Source of the DNA: a virus
Direction: 5' to 3' (one strand)
DNA length: 44,515 nucleotides
Virus genome (UHGV): UHGV-1858859
Every line of letters starts with the position of its first letter. Position 1 is the first letter of the stretch. Made by a program: the position numbers and the translations under genes. A model generated the notes under the pieces. That model did no database searches. It had not been told where the DNA came from and worked only from the letters and a program-made list of their open reading frames with translations. Of this stretch, positions 1 to 8,990 are shown piece after piece.

Positions 1-459
1 ATCGCGGATTGTGTTGCTAACTTATCGACAGGGGTTATTTACGCAGGCGCCCCCGGCAGCGATATAGCAGAGCTTGGTAATGGTTGGTATCGATTTACAG
101 AAACGGTAGCTATACGCCAGGGTGGCGCGTCTTCTCTGCTTTTAGCGTCATGGGTGTACAACAACTCCGCCGTTGGTTCATTTGTCGGTGACGGGGTTAG
201 TGGTATATTAGTGTGCGCGATGCAAATAGAAAAATCACCGTTTGCCACATCGCCGATAGTAACCGACGCATCACCATCCGCACGCCCCGCGGCATCGGCA
301 AAAGTAGCCATGAATGGTGCGACAAGCATCGACATTACATACTCTGATGGTTCCACCGTAAACGTGCCCGCAGTAGATAACTACGCCACCATCCCCCAAG
401 CGGATTCGGCGTGGGGTAGTAAATATATCACCCGTATTGATTTTAATGTGGACGGTTAA
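1..459 (+). CDS. 3' portion of a tail-module protein (5' end lies outside the window)
   Basis: Frame 1 is open from position 1 to the stop at 457-459; sits directly upstream of the minor tail / tail tip genes. Confidence 0.5.
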   Translation: MADCVANLSTGVIYAGAPGSDIAELGNGWYRFTETVAIRQGGASSLLLASWVYNNSAVGSFVGDGVSGILVCAMQIEKSPFATSPIVTDASPSARPAASAKVAMNGATSIDITYSDGSTVNVPAVDNYATIPQADSAWGSKYITRIDFNVDG

Positions 460-462
460 CTT

Positions 463-978
463 ATGAGCCAGGAATCAGTAGAAGCAGCCTACCGCCGTAA
501 GCTGGCCTCAAACCCCGACGGCGAGATTGACTACACGACGCTGGAGATAGTGCATCCGCTTCTTTCGAAGCGGTATTTACTTGTGCGCGGAACTTCTGAC
601 CTGACGGCAACGTTAGAGACCGGAGAAGTAGTTACGTTTGAGGCCACACCAATGGAGGCTAAAGGGGCCGCCAACAATAACGACATGGACCAGCGAGCAT
701 CGTTCGCATTGCCCGATATTGGAAACCAGTTAGACGATGAGATGGATAGGATACCGCCCGATAATACCGTGTTGCCTAAGTTTATATTCCGCCGTTTTGT
801 TAGTACCGATTTGTCTTACCCGGCTGACGGGCCTGTTGTGTACGAGTTGCAGTCGATAAACCAGGAAAAGGGGCTATTTACCGCCGACGTTGGCGTTCCT
901 ATGTTGAACCAAAGGGCCACTGGTGAACTAATGACCCCTTCAGTAATCCCATTGTTACGGGGCGTTTTGTCCACATGA
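463..978 (+). CDS. minor tail protein (in the position of lambda gpL)
   Basis: 171-aa ORF, ATG 4 nt after the upstream stop, in a tightly packed tail-tip gene string; assignment by position and weak N-terminal resemblance only. Confidence 0.4.
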   Translation: MSQESVEAAYRRKLASNPDGEIDYTTLEIVHPLLSKRYLLVRGTSDLTATLETGEVVTFEATPMEAKGAANNNDMDQRASFALPDIGNQLDDEMDRIPPDNTVLPKFIFRRFVSTDLSYPADGPVVYELQSINQEKGLFTADVGVPMLNQRATGELMTPSVIPLLRGVLST

Positions 979-1340
979 ATATTAATTCTTATACAGGGTT
1001 GCCGTACGACTTTCGCCGTCGTAATTGCTGGCACCATGTCCGTAACGTTCGTGCGGATGTAGGCCTCTTTACGCCTGAGTTTAACGTCGCTTCGCCAACA
1101 CAGATTAACGACGCCTTCGAAGAAGGCCATAAAGATACTAAAGGCCTTGTACGCGTAGAAACTCCGCAAAACTTCGATGCCGTGCTGATGGCAACACGGC
1201 ACAGAAACCGTGTAATCTGGCACGCCGGAGTATACTATGACGGTATGGTTAGTCATTGCGAGCTGGCGAGTCGCCAGGTACGGTTAGACCGTCTGGAAGA
1301 CTTGCGCGAAACTTATGCGGAGATAGAATTTTGGCGCTGA
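975..1340 (+). CDS. tail assembly protein (in the position of lambda gpK)
   Basis: 121-aa ORF overlapping the upstream gene by 4 nt (ATGA junction); Cys/His-containing N-terminal region; positional assignment. Confidence 0.4.
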   Translation: MNINSYTGLPYDFRRRNCWHHVRNVRADVGLFTPEFNVASPTQINDAFEEGHKDTKGLVRVETPQNFDAVLMATRHRNRVIWHAGVYYDGMVSHCELASRQVRLDRLEDLRETYAEIEFWR

Positions 1341-1402
1341 CATTACATTACACCCGTAACGAAGACGGTACTTTCGACCGCGAACGGCACAACGTACCGC
1401 CG

Positions 1403-3886
1403 ATGGAATACGTCGTCGCTAACATCCCCGACGGGGTGCCTGTACGTATTTACCGTGGCGAGATCGGCGAGGACACGGAAGTAACTGAAGATTTCGAAGC
1501 GCTGAAAGAAGACGATGTTTTCCATATTATCGAAGGCGCTGGTGGCGGTGGCGGTTTTCTGGGTAAACTCCTGGACCCTTTGGGTGTGCTTAAATTTGTT
1601 ACCAAGTTGATTTCTCCGTCGCAGAAAACGCCTAAAACGAGTTTAGCGAACCAGCAGGCTGAGTCCCCCAACAACAGCCTGACGGACCGAAACAATAAAC
1701 CCCGTCCATATGAACGGTCGTATGATATTTGCGGCAGAGTCCAGACTATCCCTAATGACCTCATGACTACCTATAAAATATTCGATGAATCTGGTCGCAT
1801 TATTGAATACGGATACTACGATGCCGGTCGTGGGTATCTGGACATCAAGGCCGAAGATATTACCGACGGCGATACTAAGGTACAGGAGATTACGGGGACC
1901 TCTGTCGCGGTGTACGCACCGTTTACATCCCCCAACAATACAAATACCCCGCAGCTTCTGGTGGGGGAACCTATCAATCAGAATCTTTATATAACTATCG
2001 CGTCTAATGAAGTAGATGGAGCCGTTCTTAAAGCCCAGAACGATATTCGGGTCAACCCAAGCGACACGGGCCGCGTGAGATATGACTCTGCTACAAAAAT
2101 TGGATACCTGTATGACGACACGGGGGATTCTGGCTTCGCGGAAATATTATCGGTGGGCGATACCGCGTCGTTCAATAACTTCGACGTTCCGGACGTGACA
2201 AACACCAACGGCAACTTCCGCGTTCTTTATGTCGATAACTTCGAGCTACGAGTTGACACTGGCGGCGCGTCTAACTGGGCAGCTTTAGGTTCAACAACCT
2301 ATTCACTTTCCCAGAGAAGTGACACTTGGGTTGGGCCTGTCGATACATATGAAAGAACACTGACAGACTGGACCACCTTAAACCGCCTAGAAGTTGAGCG
2401 TGTAGTTGCTAACATTGCTGCCGCAAATGGTATGTACAAGGACAATGGTAGTAAATTGCGTACATCGGTAACTGTCGAGCTTCAATACCAACTACTCAAT
2501 GAAACCGGGGTCCCGTACGGTGGTATTTATTCAAAGCAGGCTGTTATATCGGGCCGGTCCGCCGATTACACTGGTGTTACTATTTACGCTGACTTGCCGT
2601 TGCGGTCGAAAGTTAGGGTACGTGCCCGTCGTGTTACCAACCTGGACCTTGATTTCGAGGGCACCGTGGTAGACGAGGTTTCCTATATCAACCTTTACGG
2701 TCAGGTCCGTGACACTACGCCACATTACGGCAATCGTACTACCGTACACTCGGCACGTAAGCAGACGCCGCGGGCCGCAGAGATTAAGCAACCACAGTTA
2801 CGTATGGTCGCCACAGAGATGGTGTACAAATACCTCGGTAATGGTGTATTCGACACCGTAATGACACCGAATACTCAGGCCATTCAATCATTAATACGTC
2901 TCGCCCGTGACCCAGTAGTAGGTAATCTCAACCTAACAACATCCAATATGGACAAGTTGTTAGCGACTCAGACCGAGATTGAGAATTATTTCGGTAACGT
3001 GGAGGCGGGTCAATTCTGCTACACTTTTGACGACTATAAAATGACCATGCAGGATATCATCAGCACAATAGCCGATGCTATTTTCTGCACTCCATATCGT
3101 AAAGGGCAAGACATATTACTGGATTTCGAGCGCCCGCGTATGGGGCCGGAAATGGTATTCACACATCGAAGTAAGACAACAGCTTCGGAAAAGTGGACGC
3201 GCACATTCAACGACGCTCAGGTATACGATAGTCTTAAGTTCTCCTACATCGACCCAGATACTAACGTAAAAGAGACCATCAGCATTCCCGCCGAGGGCGG
3301 TGTTAACACAGAAACGTATGACTCTAAAGGTATACGTAATTATCGTCAGGCGTACTGGGCGGCGTACCGTCGGTACCAGAAGAACCTGTTGAAGAAGGTG
3401 ACGGTATCATTCACGGCGACAGAAGAAGGGGTTTTTGTGCTTCCAGGACGGGCAATAAGCGTAGTTAAAGGCTCGCGAGTAGCACCTCAAGATGGTTATG
3501 TCGTTGCCGTTAATGGGCTTACCCTTACTCTTTCTCAGCCGGTTACGTTTACTCCGGGGGATGACCACTCACTGATTCTTAAGAAGAGAGACGGCGGAGT
3601 TCAAAGTGTTGCTGTTGTGCCTGGAGGCCACGACCGTGAAGTGGTTATGCTCTCTGCGCCTCAAGAGGCGATATACACAGGGAATAGCGCACTAAAAACT
3701 GAGTTTTCATTCGGTAACGAAGCAAGGCATAATGCTCAGATGATTCTTGTTTCTACAGTTGACCCCGGAGACGACAGAACGGTTAAGATTACCGGGATTA
3801 ACTATGAAGCAGATTTCTATAAATACGACGGCGTCGCGCCATACGGCAGCGGTTTCTCCGACGGATTCAGCGATGGTTTTAATTAA
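1403..3886 (+). CDS. tail tip / central fibre protein with gpI-like N-terminus
   Basis: Long ORF (track 1256-3886 from a TTG; first ATG at 1403). N-terminal region with a poly-Gly stretch (HIIEGAGGGGGFLGKLLDP) resembles lambda gpI; C-terminus ends in GFSDGFSDGFN repeats. Confidence 0.55.
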   Translation: MEYVVANIPDGVPVRIYRGEIGEDTEVTEDFEALKEDDVFHIIEGAGGGGGFLGKLLDPLGVLKFVTKLISPSQKTPKTSLANQQAESPNNSLTDRNNKPRPYERSYDICGRVQTIPNDLMTTYKIFDESGRIIEYGYYDAGRGYLDIKAEDITDGDTKVQEITGTSVAVYAPFTSPNNTNTPQLLVGEPINQNLYITIASNEVDGAVLKAQNDIRVNPSDTGRVRYDSATKIGYLYDDTGDSGFAEILSVGDTASFNNFDVPDVTNTNGNFRVLYVDNFELRVDTGGASNWAALGSTTYSLSQRSDTWVGPVDTYERTLTDWTTLNRLEVERVVANIAAANGMYKDNGSKLRTSVTVELQYQLLNETGVPYGGIYSKQAVISGRSADYTGVTIYADLPLRSKVRVRARRVTNLDLDFEGTVVDEVSYINLYGQVRDTTPHYGNRTTVHSARKQTPRAAEIKQPQLRMVATEMVYKYLGNGVFDTVMTPNTQAIQSLIRLARDPVVGNLNLTTSNMDKLLATQTEIENYFGNVEAGQFCYTFDDYKMTMQDIISTIADAIFCTPYRKGQDILLDFERPRMGPEMVFTHRSKTTASEKWTRTFNDAQVYDSLKFSYIDPDTNVKETISIPAEGGVNTETYDSKGIRNYRQAYWAAYRRYQKNLLKKVTVSFTATEEGVFVLPGRAISVVKGSRVAPQDGYVVAVNGLTLTLSQPVTFTPGDDHSLILKKRDGGVQSVAVVPGGHDREVVMLSAPQEAIYTGNSALKTEFSFGNEARHNAQMILVSTVDPGDDRTVKITGINYEADFYKYDGVAPYGSGFSDGFSDGFN

Positions 3887-3898
3887 AGAGGACTCTAT

Positions 3899-6136
3899 AT
3901 GTCAAGCGGATGCGGTGACGTTTTAAGCCTGGCGGATTTACAAACCGCCAAGAAGCACCAGATTTTCGAAGCTGAGGTTATCACCGGTAAATCCGGCGGT
4001 GTTGCTACGGGTGCTGATATCGATTACGCGACAAATCAGGTTACTGGGCAGACACAGAAGACGTCACCCGCCGTGTTGCGTGATGCTGGTTTTTCTCCTG
4101 TATCGTGGGATTTCTCCTCTGGCGGTACGTTAACAGTTAATGACCGCGACAAAGTGGTGTACGACCCTGTAAGTAAAACGTGGTACTCGTACGCGGGGAC
4201 GTTACCGGTTACAGTTCCCGCGAGTTTTAATCCCGTAGGTAACGCTAACTGGAGGCCACAGACCGATCCTAATTTACGTGGTGAGTTATCCATCATTGAA
4301 AACATAGCTGAGCTTATGTCTAAAACGCCAAACCCAGAACTCACGTACACCGTGAAAGGCTATGCCCCCGGTACGACTTTCGGCGGGGGCATTTTCTACT
4401 GGGACGCCGCCCTCCCTAAGTCACAACACAACGGCATCACTGTATTTAGTCCAACGGTGCCATGGGACGGAACCTACACCACTCTCGCGACCTTCTTAGC
4501 TGGCACAGGGGAAACCACCCCATCCGGCAGCGGATGCTGGGTCCGTATGCAGAACAGCCGCGACATGCTCGTTTCTTGGGGCGGCGTTGACATCACAGGG
4601 ACGAACGTTGCGGACGCCGCTGTAACCGCTGTTATTAAGTATGCTAATACGGTCAAGCGTTCTGTTAGATTTGACTCTGGTGCAAATATTAAATGGGGCT
4701 TCTCTACCCTTGTCCAGCACTTTGACAAGTTCAATCTTAATGCGCAATGTTCTGTTGTTCTGGAGAATATCAGCGGGATTAAGGTTTACGCGGAGAATGA
4801 CGTTGAGTTCAACACTGACCACCCTACTTATGCGGAGCGTGTTGTCTTTCGCCTTAAAAACTGTAGCGAAGTGGAATTCTCTGGATTCAACTTCAACTCC
4901 AATTTCACCGACTATTCGACGACGACATCGGACACTACGTACAAGCCCCAAGAATGGTGGCAGGGCTTCACAGCCGAAGGTTGTTCTAATCTAGAAATCA
5001 CTAAGCATCACGTTAATGCGTGCCAAGTATTTGTAAGGGCTGATTGTACAAACTTAGCAGCAAACCTTCATAACATAAATATTCATGTTACAGATAACAT
5101 GTTTAAGTATGTAACGAATTACTGCGTTATTTCCAGAAACATAAATCTGGTTGAATTCAGCCGCAACAAGGTTTCATTTAATGGGCGTAACTGGCACACA
5201 TTCGGAGAGGCGTTCGCCCCGACGACAGGCTCCCTTAATATAATTGCCAAAGATAACATTTTTACTAACCAAATTGCGCAGCAGTCGTGTATTACGTCAA
5301 CTCTGGGCGCTTCATCTGTAACTATTCAAGGTAATTATTGCCGTCGACATTATGGTATTTTTGTCGAACTCGGTAGTTCGAGCAATGTGTTAATTTCAGG
5401 TAACACATCAATAAGTACTGGCGAACGTGCGGATACACCACACATTCTTATGGTTGGAGAGGTAGACGGCAACACGGCGGGAGGTCTTTCAAACGTCAAC
5501 ATTACTGCAAACTATTTTGAGGGTGGTGGTTTTGCCGTTCAAGAATACAATACCGGGCCTGCATTGCGCAGGGCTTTCAGTATAACTAACAACCATATGG
5601 TTGACTGCAAGTTACCCGCCATAACCAACCAATCTTACATTGGCGTGACTGTTCGCGGTAACTATATGGAAGCACCCACTAACTTTCCTGATTTAGCTAT
5701 CGCAGGACAGAGGCCTGTTATAGACGGTAACATGTTTGTTGGTGTTAGGGTGCGTGCAAGAGATTTAGGGTATAGCGTAATAGCTCCTAAGGTAACCAAC
5801 AATGTATGGAGAGCAAACTCCCTGGGGGAATCATATCCAGCACTTATCGACTATACCGAATTCACCGCATTAGTGGCGGATGGCAACGACTCAACAGCAG
5901 CGGCGTACACGGACTTCATTGTCCACCCTTCAAATTGTAATAATGCAGGGTTCCGTAGGGTAGGCCCAACTGAAGGTTTTAGCGTTAGCCCTTCCGCTCG
6001 TTTCGGCGCTAAATTGACGGACGCGCATGTGGGCGATTTTGTGGCTAATTCATCTCCTACGGCATCGGGTACTTATGCGTGGGTATGTGTTAATCAAACA
6101 ACAAAAACATTCAGTTCTATCGCATTGAGTGCATAA
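3899..6136 (+). CDS. tailspike protein (right-handed parallel beta-helix, probable polysaccharide depolymerase)
   Basis: 745 aa; N-terminal particle-binding-like region followed by repetitive beta-helix-like segments (e.g. NIHVTDNMF, ISGNTSIS); last gene of the tail module, followed by a terminator. Confidence 0.65.
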   Translation: MSSGCGDVLSLADLQTAKKHQIFEAEVITGKSGGVATGADIDYATNQVTGQTQKTSPAVLRDAGFSPVSWDFSSGGTLTVNDRDKVVYDPVSKTWYSYAGTLPVTVPASFNPVGNANWRPQTDPNLRGELSIIENIAELMSKTPNPELTYTVKGYAPGTTFGGGIFYWDAALPKSQHNGITVFSPTVPWDGTYTTLATFLAGTGETTPSGSGCWVRMQNSRDMLVSWGGVDITGTNVADAAVTAVIKYANTVKRSVRFDSGANIKWGFSTLVQHFDKFNLNAQCSVVLENISGIKVYAENDVEFNTDHPTYAERVVFRLKNCSEVEFSGFNFNSNFTDYSTTTSDTTYKPQEWWQGFTAEGCSNLEITKHHVNACQVFVRADCTNLAANLHNINIHVTDNMFKYVTNYCVISRNINLVEFSRNKVSFNGRNWHTFGEAFAPTTGSLNIIAKDNIFTNQIAQQSCITSTLGASSVTIQGNYCRRHYGIFVELGSSSNVLISGNTSISTGERADTPHILMVGEVDGNTAGGLSNVNITANYFEGGGFAVQEYNTGPALRRAFSITNNHMVDCKLPAITNQSYIGVTVRGNYMEAPTNFPDLAIAGQRPVIDGNMFVGVRVRARDLGYSVIAPKVTNNVWRANSLGESYPALIDYTEFTALVADGNDSTAAAYTDFIVHPSNCNNAGFRRVGPTEGFSVSPSARFGAKLTDAHVGDFVANSSPTASGTYAWVCVNQTTKTFSSIALSA

Positions 6137-6140
6137 AACT

Positions 6141-6166
6141 AAGGCCCCAAACGGGGCCTTTTCTCT
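6141..6166 (+). terminator. rho-independent terminator (hairpin also usable from the minus strand)
   Basis: aaggcccc-aaac-ggggcctt stem-loop followed by ttctc; 5 nt after the tailspike stop. Confidence 0.6.
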
Positions 6167-6207
6167 ACTCTTCCGATAACTTCTCCAGTACAAACGCCAG
6201 TTGCGCA

Positions 6208-6702
6208 TTAGCGGCGTCTCTTGACGCCGTGGTTTTCATGAAATCCGTAAGCAGCTTCTGCGGCTTTACGAACGGCAACCGCCTCTTCTAATGCGCAAAA
6301 GAATCCAAGGTTAATGTGTTCGCCGTCAACACGAATAGTTGCGCGCCACTTCGATACATCCTTTCGCCAATACACGCCGGTGTATCCCGACTTATTATTA
6401 GTTAATAGCGCCCTGTTTCTGGAGTTACCTTTATTATTCGTTTTCCTTAAATTCTCTATCCTATCGTCCGCTCTGTTGTGATTGATGTGGTCTATTTGGT
6501 CGCCTTTATTTAATTTATCGGTTGGATTATGCATCTCCCATACGATATGACTAACTTTGTACTTTTTACCCAAACAGCTAACATATCGGTATCCGTTTTT
6601 GTTCACAGAACCTGCAACTATCCCCTCGGGCTTGTTCTTGCAAGGCTTATTAACCCAGTAAAGAACTCCTGAATCGTACCGGAAAACACTATACCAATTC
6701 AT
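6208..6702 (-). CDS. HNH homing endonuclease with AP2 DNA-binding domain
   Basis: HNH motif GDQIDHINHNRADDRIENLR, then AP2-like segment SGYTGVYWRKDVSKWRATIRVDGEHINLGFF. Confidence 0.8.
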   Translation of the reverse strand: MNWYSVFRYDSGVLYWVNKPCKNKPEGIVAGSVNKNGYRYVSCLGKKYKVSHIVWEMHNPTDKLNKGDQIDHINHNRADDRIENLRKTNNKGNSRNRALLTNNKSGYTGVYWRKDVSKWRATIRVDGEHINLGFFCALEEAVAVRKAAEAAYGFHENHGVKRRR

Positions 6703-6842
6703 TCCACTCCACCCGTTATGATTTCAACAAATATCTGTATCTGAGAGTTTGCACTGTCGAGTTGCTGCCGTAGGCGTAGAACCTCTTCTTCAAGTTCCTT
6801 GATACGTTTTTGCAATGCAGGAATCGGGGCTATGATGTTCAT
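6699..6842 (-). CDS. small coiled-coil protein (47 aa)
   Basis: ATG overlaps the helicase stop (ATGA) and its own stop overlaps the HNH start (ATGA); below the ORF-track length cutoff. Confidence 0.3.
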   Translation of the reverse strand: MNIIAPIPALQKRIKELEEEVLRLRQQLDSANSQIQIFVEIITGGVE

Positions 6843-8269
6843 TTCTTACCTCGTCTCTTCATATAATTAAGTAGTTCGTCCTGTACAGACCTTTTCTCGT
6901 CCGTACGCGCTGCGACAACTTCATCTAGAGTATCTCGGGCTATTATTTGATAAATGAATACAGACCGTTTGTACCCAGACTGCATCTGCCTCACCGGACC
7001 TATGCGCTCGATAACCTGCAAATAGTGTTCCAGGTTCCACCCCTGACTCATAAAGGCCATGTGATGTCCGCCGTGTTGTAGCGACAGCCCGTGGCCCGCG
7101 GAGGCTGGATGTATCAGGAGCATAGGTATTTCCCCGCGGTTCCACGCTTCCATCTGCTTATTACCCTTAGCTCCTTTGGCGAACGCCTGTGCCTGCGGGA
7201 ATCGCTTAAGAATTCGCTCCAGTTCGTGCTTGAACTGATAGGCTACCAGTAACGGAGCACCCTGCAACTCCTCAACAATGGACTCGAGCGCATCCAGTTT
7301 CGTGTCGTGCACTTTCTCCCAGTCTTTCGTTGCTTCTCCGTCCGGTCCCGATACATACACGGCACCAGATGCAATCTGCAAACACTTCGACGTCTTCGCC
7401 GCGGCGTTAGCAGCTTCAACTTCTCCGCTCTCCAGTTCCGCGAATAACTTCTCCTCCATATCGATGTACGCCTGACGTGCTTTCTTCGGCAGGTCAATTT
7501 CAACCGGAACAATAATCGGCGCTTCACACCCGAACCACTCAGCGGCGTCAATCGTGAGACTAATGTCCTTCATCTTCTGGTGAATCTCATTATCCGCCCC
7601 CGGGCGCGCATGATACTCTCGCGCCATCGCCGACTTACCTTTCTGGACAGAGTTAAACCATCGGTCGGTGAATGCCGTGTATGAAGAACCGAGGCGCTCG
7701 CCAGCGTCGATAAACCAGTTCTGGCCCCACAGGTCTTTGAGGCCATTTGGTGATGGCGTACCGGTAAGGTTGATGAAACGCTTAACCTTACCGAATGCCA
7801 CTTTACTAAGCGCCTTTGCCCGCTTGCTGCCACCTGAACGGCTACGGAAAGATTTCAGTTTCGTGCTTTCATCGGCAACAATAACCGTAAAAGGCCAGTC
7901 GTCTTTGCCGTAGTAGTCAATCAGCCACTCGATAACTTCGTAGTTAGTGCACACCACGTTAGCATCTGACTCCAGCGCCGCGATGCGGCGCTTCTCTGAA
8001 CCGGTCGCATCTACGACGCGCAGACACGGGAATCCCCACTTAGTTTGTTCTGATGGCCATGTGCCGGACGCAACACGCAGCGGGGCGAGGATTAACACTC
8101 GGTCGTCATCATTAAGTTGGCCGTTGCGGAACAGTCGGTTAAGCACCCACATCGTTGCGGAACTTTTGCCCGCGCCCATCGAAGCCCAAATATTACAGCG
8201 CGGATGTTGCAACATGAACGAAGTCATGAGCTTCTGGTACTCCCTGCGGGTAAATTTAGACATAATCAA
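6839..8269 (-). CDS. SNF2/DEAD-like superfamily 2 helicase
   Basis: Walker A MGAGKSS, DExx-type motif VADESTKLK, motif III LTGTP, C-terminal helicase motif HPASAGHGLSLQ. Confidence 0.8.
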   Translation of the reverse strand: MIMSKFTRREYQKLMTSFMLQHPRCNIWASMGAGKSSATMWVLNRLFRNGQLNDDDRVLILAPLRVASGTWPSEQTKWGFPCLRVVDATGSEKRRIAALESDANVVCTNYEVIEWLIDYYGKDDWPFTVIVADESTKLKSFRSRSGGSKRAKALSKVAFGKVKRFINLTGTPSPNGLKDLWGQNWFIDAGERLGSSYTAFTDRWFNSVQKGKSAMAREYHARPGADNEIHQKMKDISLTIDAAEWFGCEAPIIVPVEIDLPKKARQAYIDMEEKLFAELESGEVEAANAAAKTSKCLQIASGAVYVSGPDGEATKDWEKVHDTKLDALESIVEELQGAPLLVAYQFKHELERILKRFPQAQAFAKGAKGNKQMEAWNRGEIPMLLIHPASAGHGLSLQHGGHHMAFMSQGWNLEHYLQVIERIGPVRQMQSGYKRSVFIYQIIARDTLDEVVAARTDEKRSVQDELLNYMKRRGKK

Positions 8270-8460
8270 CCCTTAACGTAGAGTACCAGCTCTTTCCGCC
8301 CGAACGCCGTAACGTTACCAGTTACATCTTCGATAACCAGTTTACCGTTTGACTCGACGAACACAGTATCAACGGCAACAGGCTGGCGGGTCTTAACGTT
8401 GAAAATCATGTCGCCAGGTACGATGTCACGAGCTGGTTTTCGGTCATATTCGTGTTTCAT
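8266..8460 (-). CDS. hypothetical protein
   Basis: 64-aa ORF translationally coupled (ATGA) to the helicase start. Confidence 0.4.
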   Translation of the reverse strand: MKHEYDRKPARDIVPGDMIFNVKTRQPVAVDTVFVESNGKLVIEDVTGNVTAFGRKELVLYVKG

Positions 8461-8471
8461 TTCTCAATTCC

Positions 8472-8777
8472 TTATATTGTTGGTGTATGACTACTATAGT
8501 AGTTCGCTATTAGGTCGTCAACCTGTTTGAACGACCCGACGATAAAAACATTTGCACCACGTTTACGCATCCGCTCGTGCTCCCGTAGCTGGTGCGGGTC
8601 TGGCTTCGTGTTTTCGTCTTTCTTAACCTCGACAAACCAGACGATGCCGCCGGGGAGAATCACCAGCAGGTCGGGAGCGCCGGAACGTCCTTCGTAGGAA
8701 AGTTTACGAACGAGGCCGCCGAGGGCCTCGAATCGCTCTTTTGCATATTTCTGTATTTTGCCCTCAGGCGTACTCAT
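8472..8777 (-). CDS. VRR-NUC domain nuclease
   Basis: GAPDLLVILPGG ... VEVK pattern typical of VRR-NUC (PD-(D/E)XK fold). Confidence 0.65.
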   Translation of the reverse strand: MSTPEGKIQKYAKERFEALGGLVRKLSYEGRSGAPDLLVILPGGIVWFVEVKKDENTKPDPHQLREHERMRKRGANVFIVGSFKQVDDLIANYYSSHTPTI

Positions 8778-8858
8778 CTATACACCTCTCCCGTTTCGTA
8801 TGTTCAATCCCACAGCGCGGACAGATTCGGCAGTCTTCTTCATAGAACCAGTAAATTT

Positions 8859-8990
8859 TCATTCCAGCACCCACAGATAAATCGCGATGAACATACCTAA
8901 TACGGCGACCATCATGCCGTATTGGCCCTCGTGACAGTAGACACCGGCGGCAAATCCCGCCAGTACCGCGATAATCAGTTTACTTGGCAT
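8859..8990 (-). CDS. small hydrophobic protein (43 aa)
   Basis: MPSKLIIAVLAGFAAGVYCHEGQYGMMVAVLGMFIAIYLWVLE; its ATG overlaps the polymerase stop codon. Confidence 0.3.
   Translation of the reverse strand: MPSKLIIAVLAGFAAGVYCHEGQYGMMVAVLGMFIAIYLWVLE

Noticed and set aside
1256-1402. Track start at 1256 (TTG) for the tail tip protein
   Set aside because: Would overlap the upstream gene by 85 nt; the first ATG at 1403 just after the upstream stop is more plausible, though the start remains uncertain.
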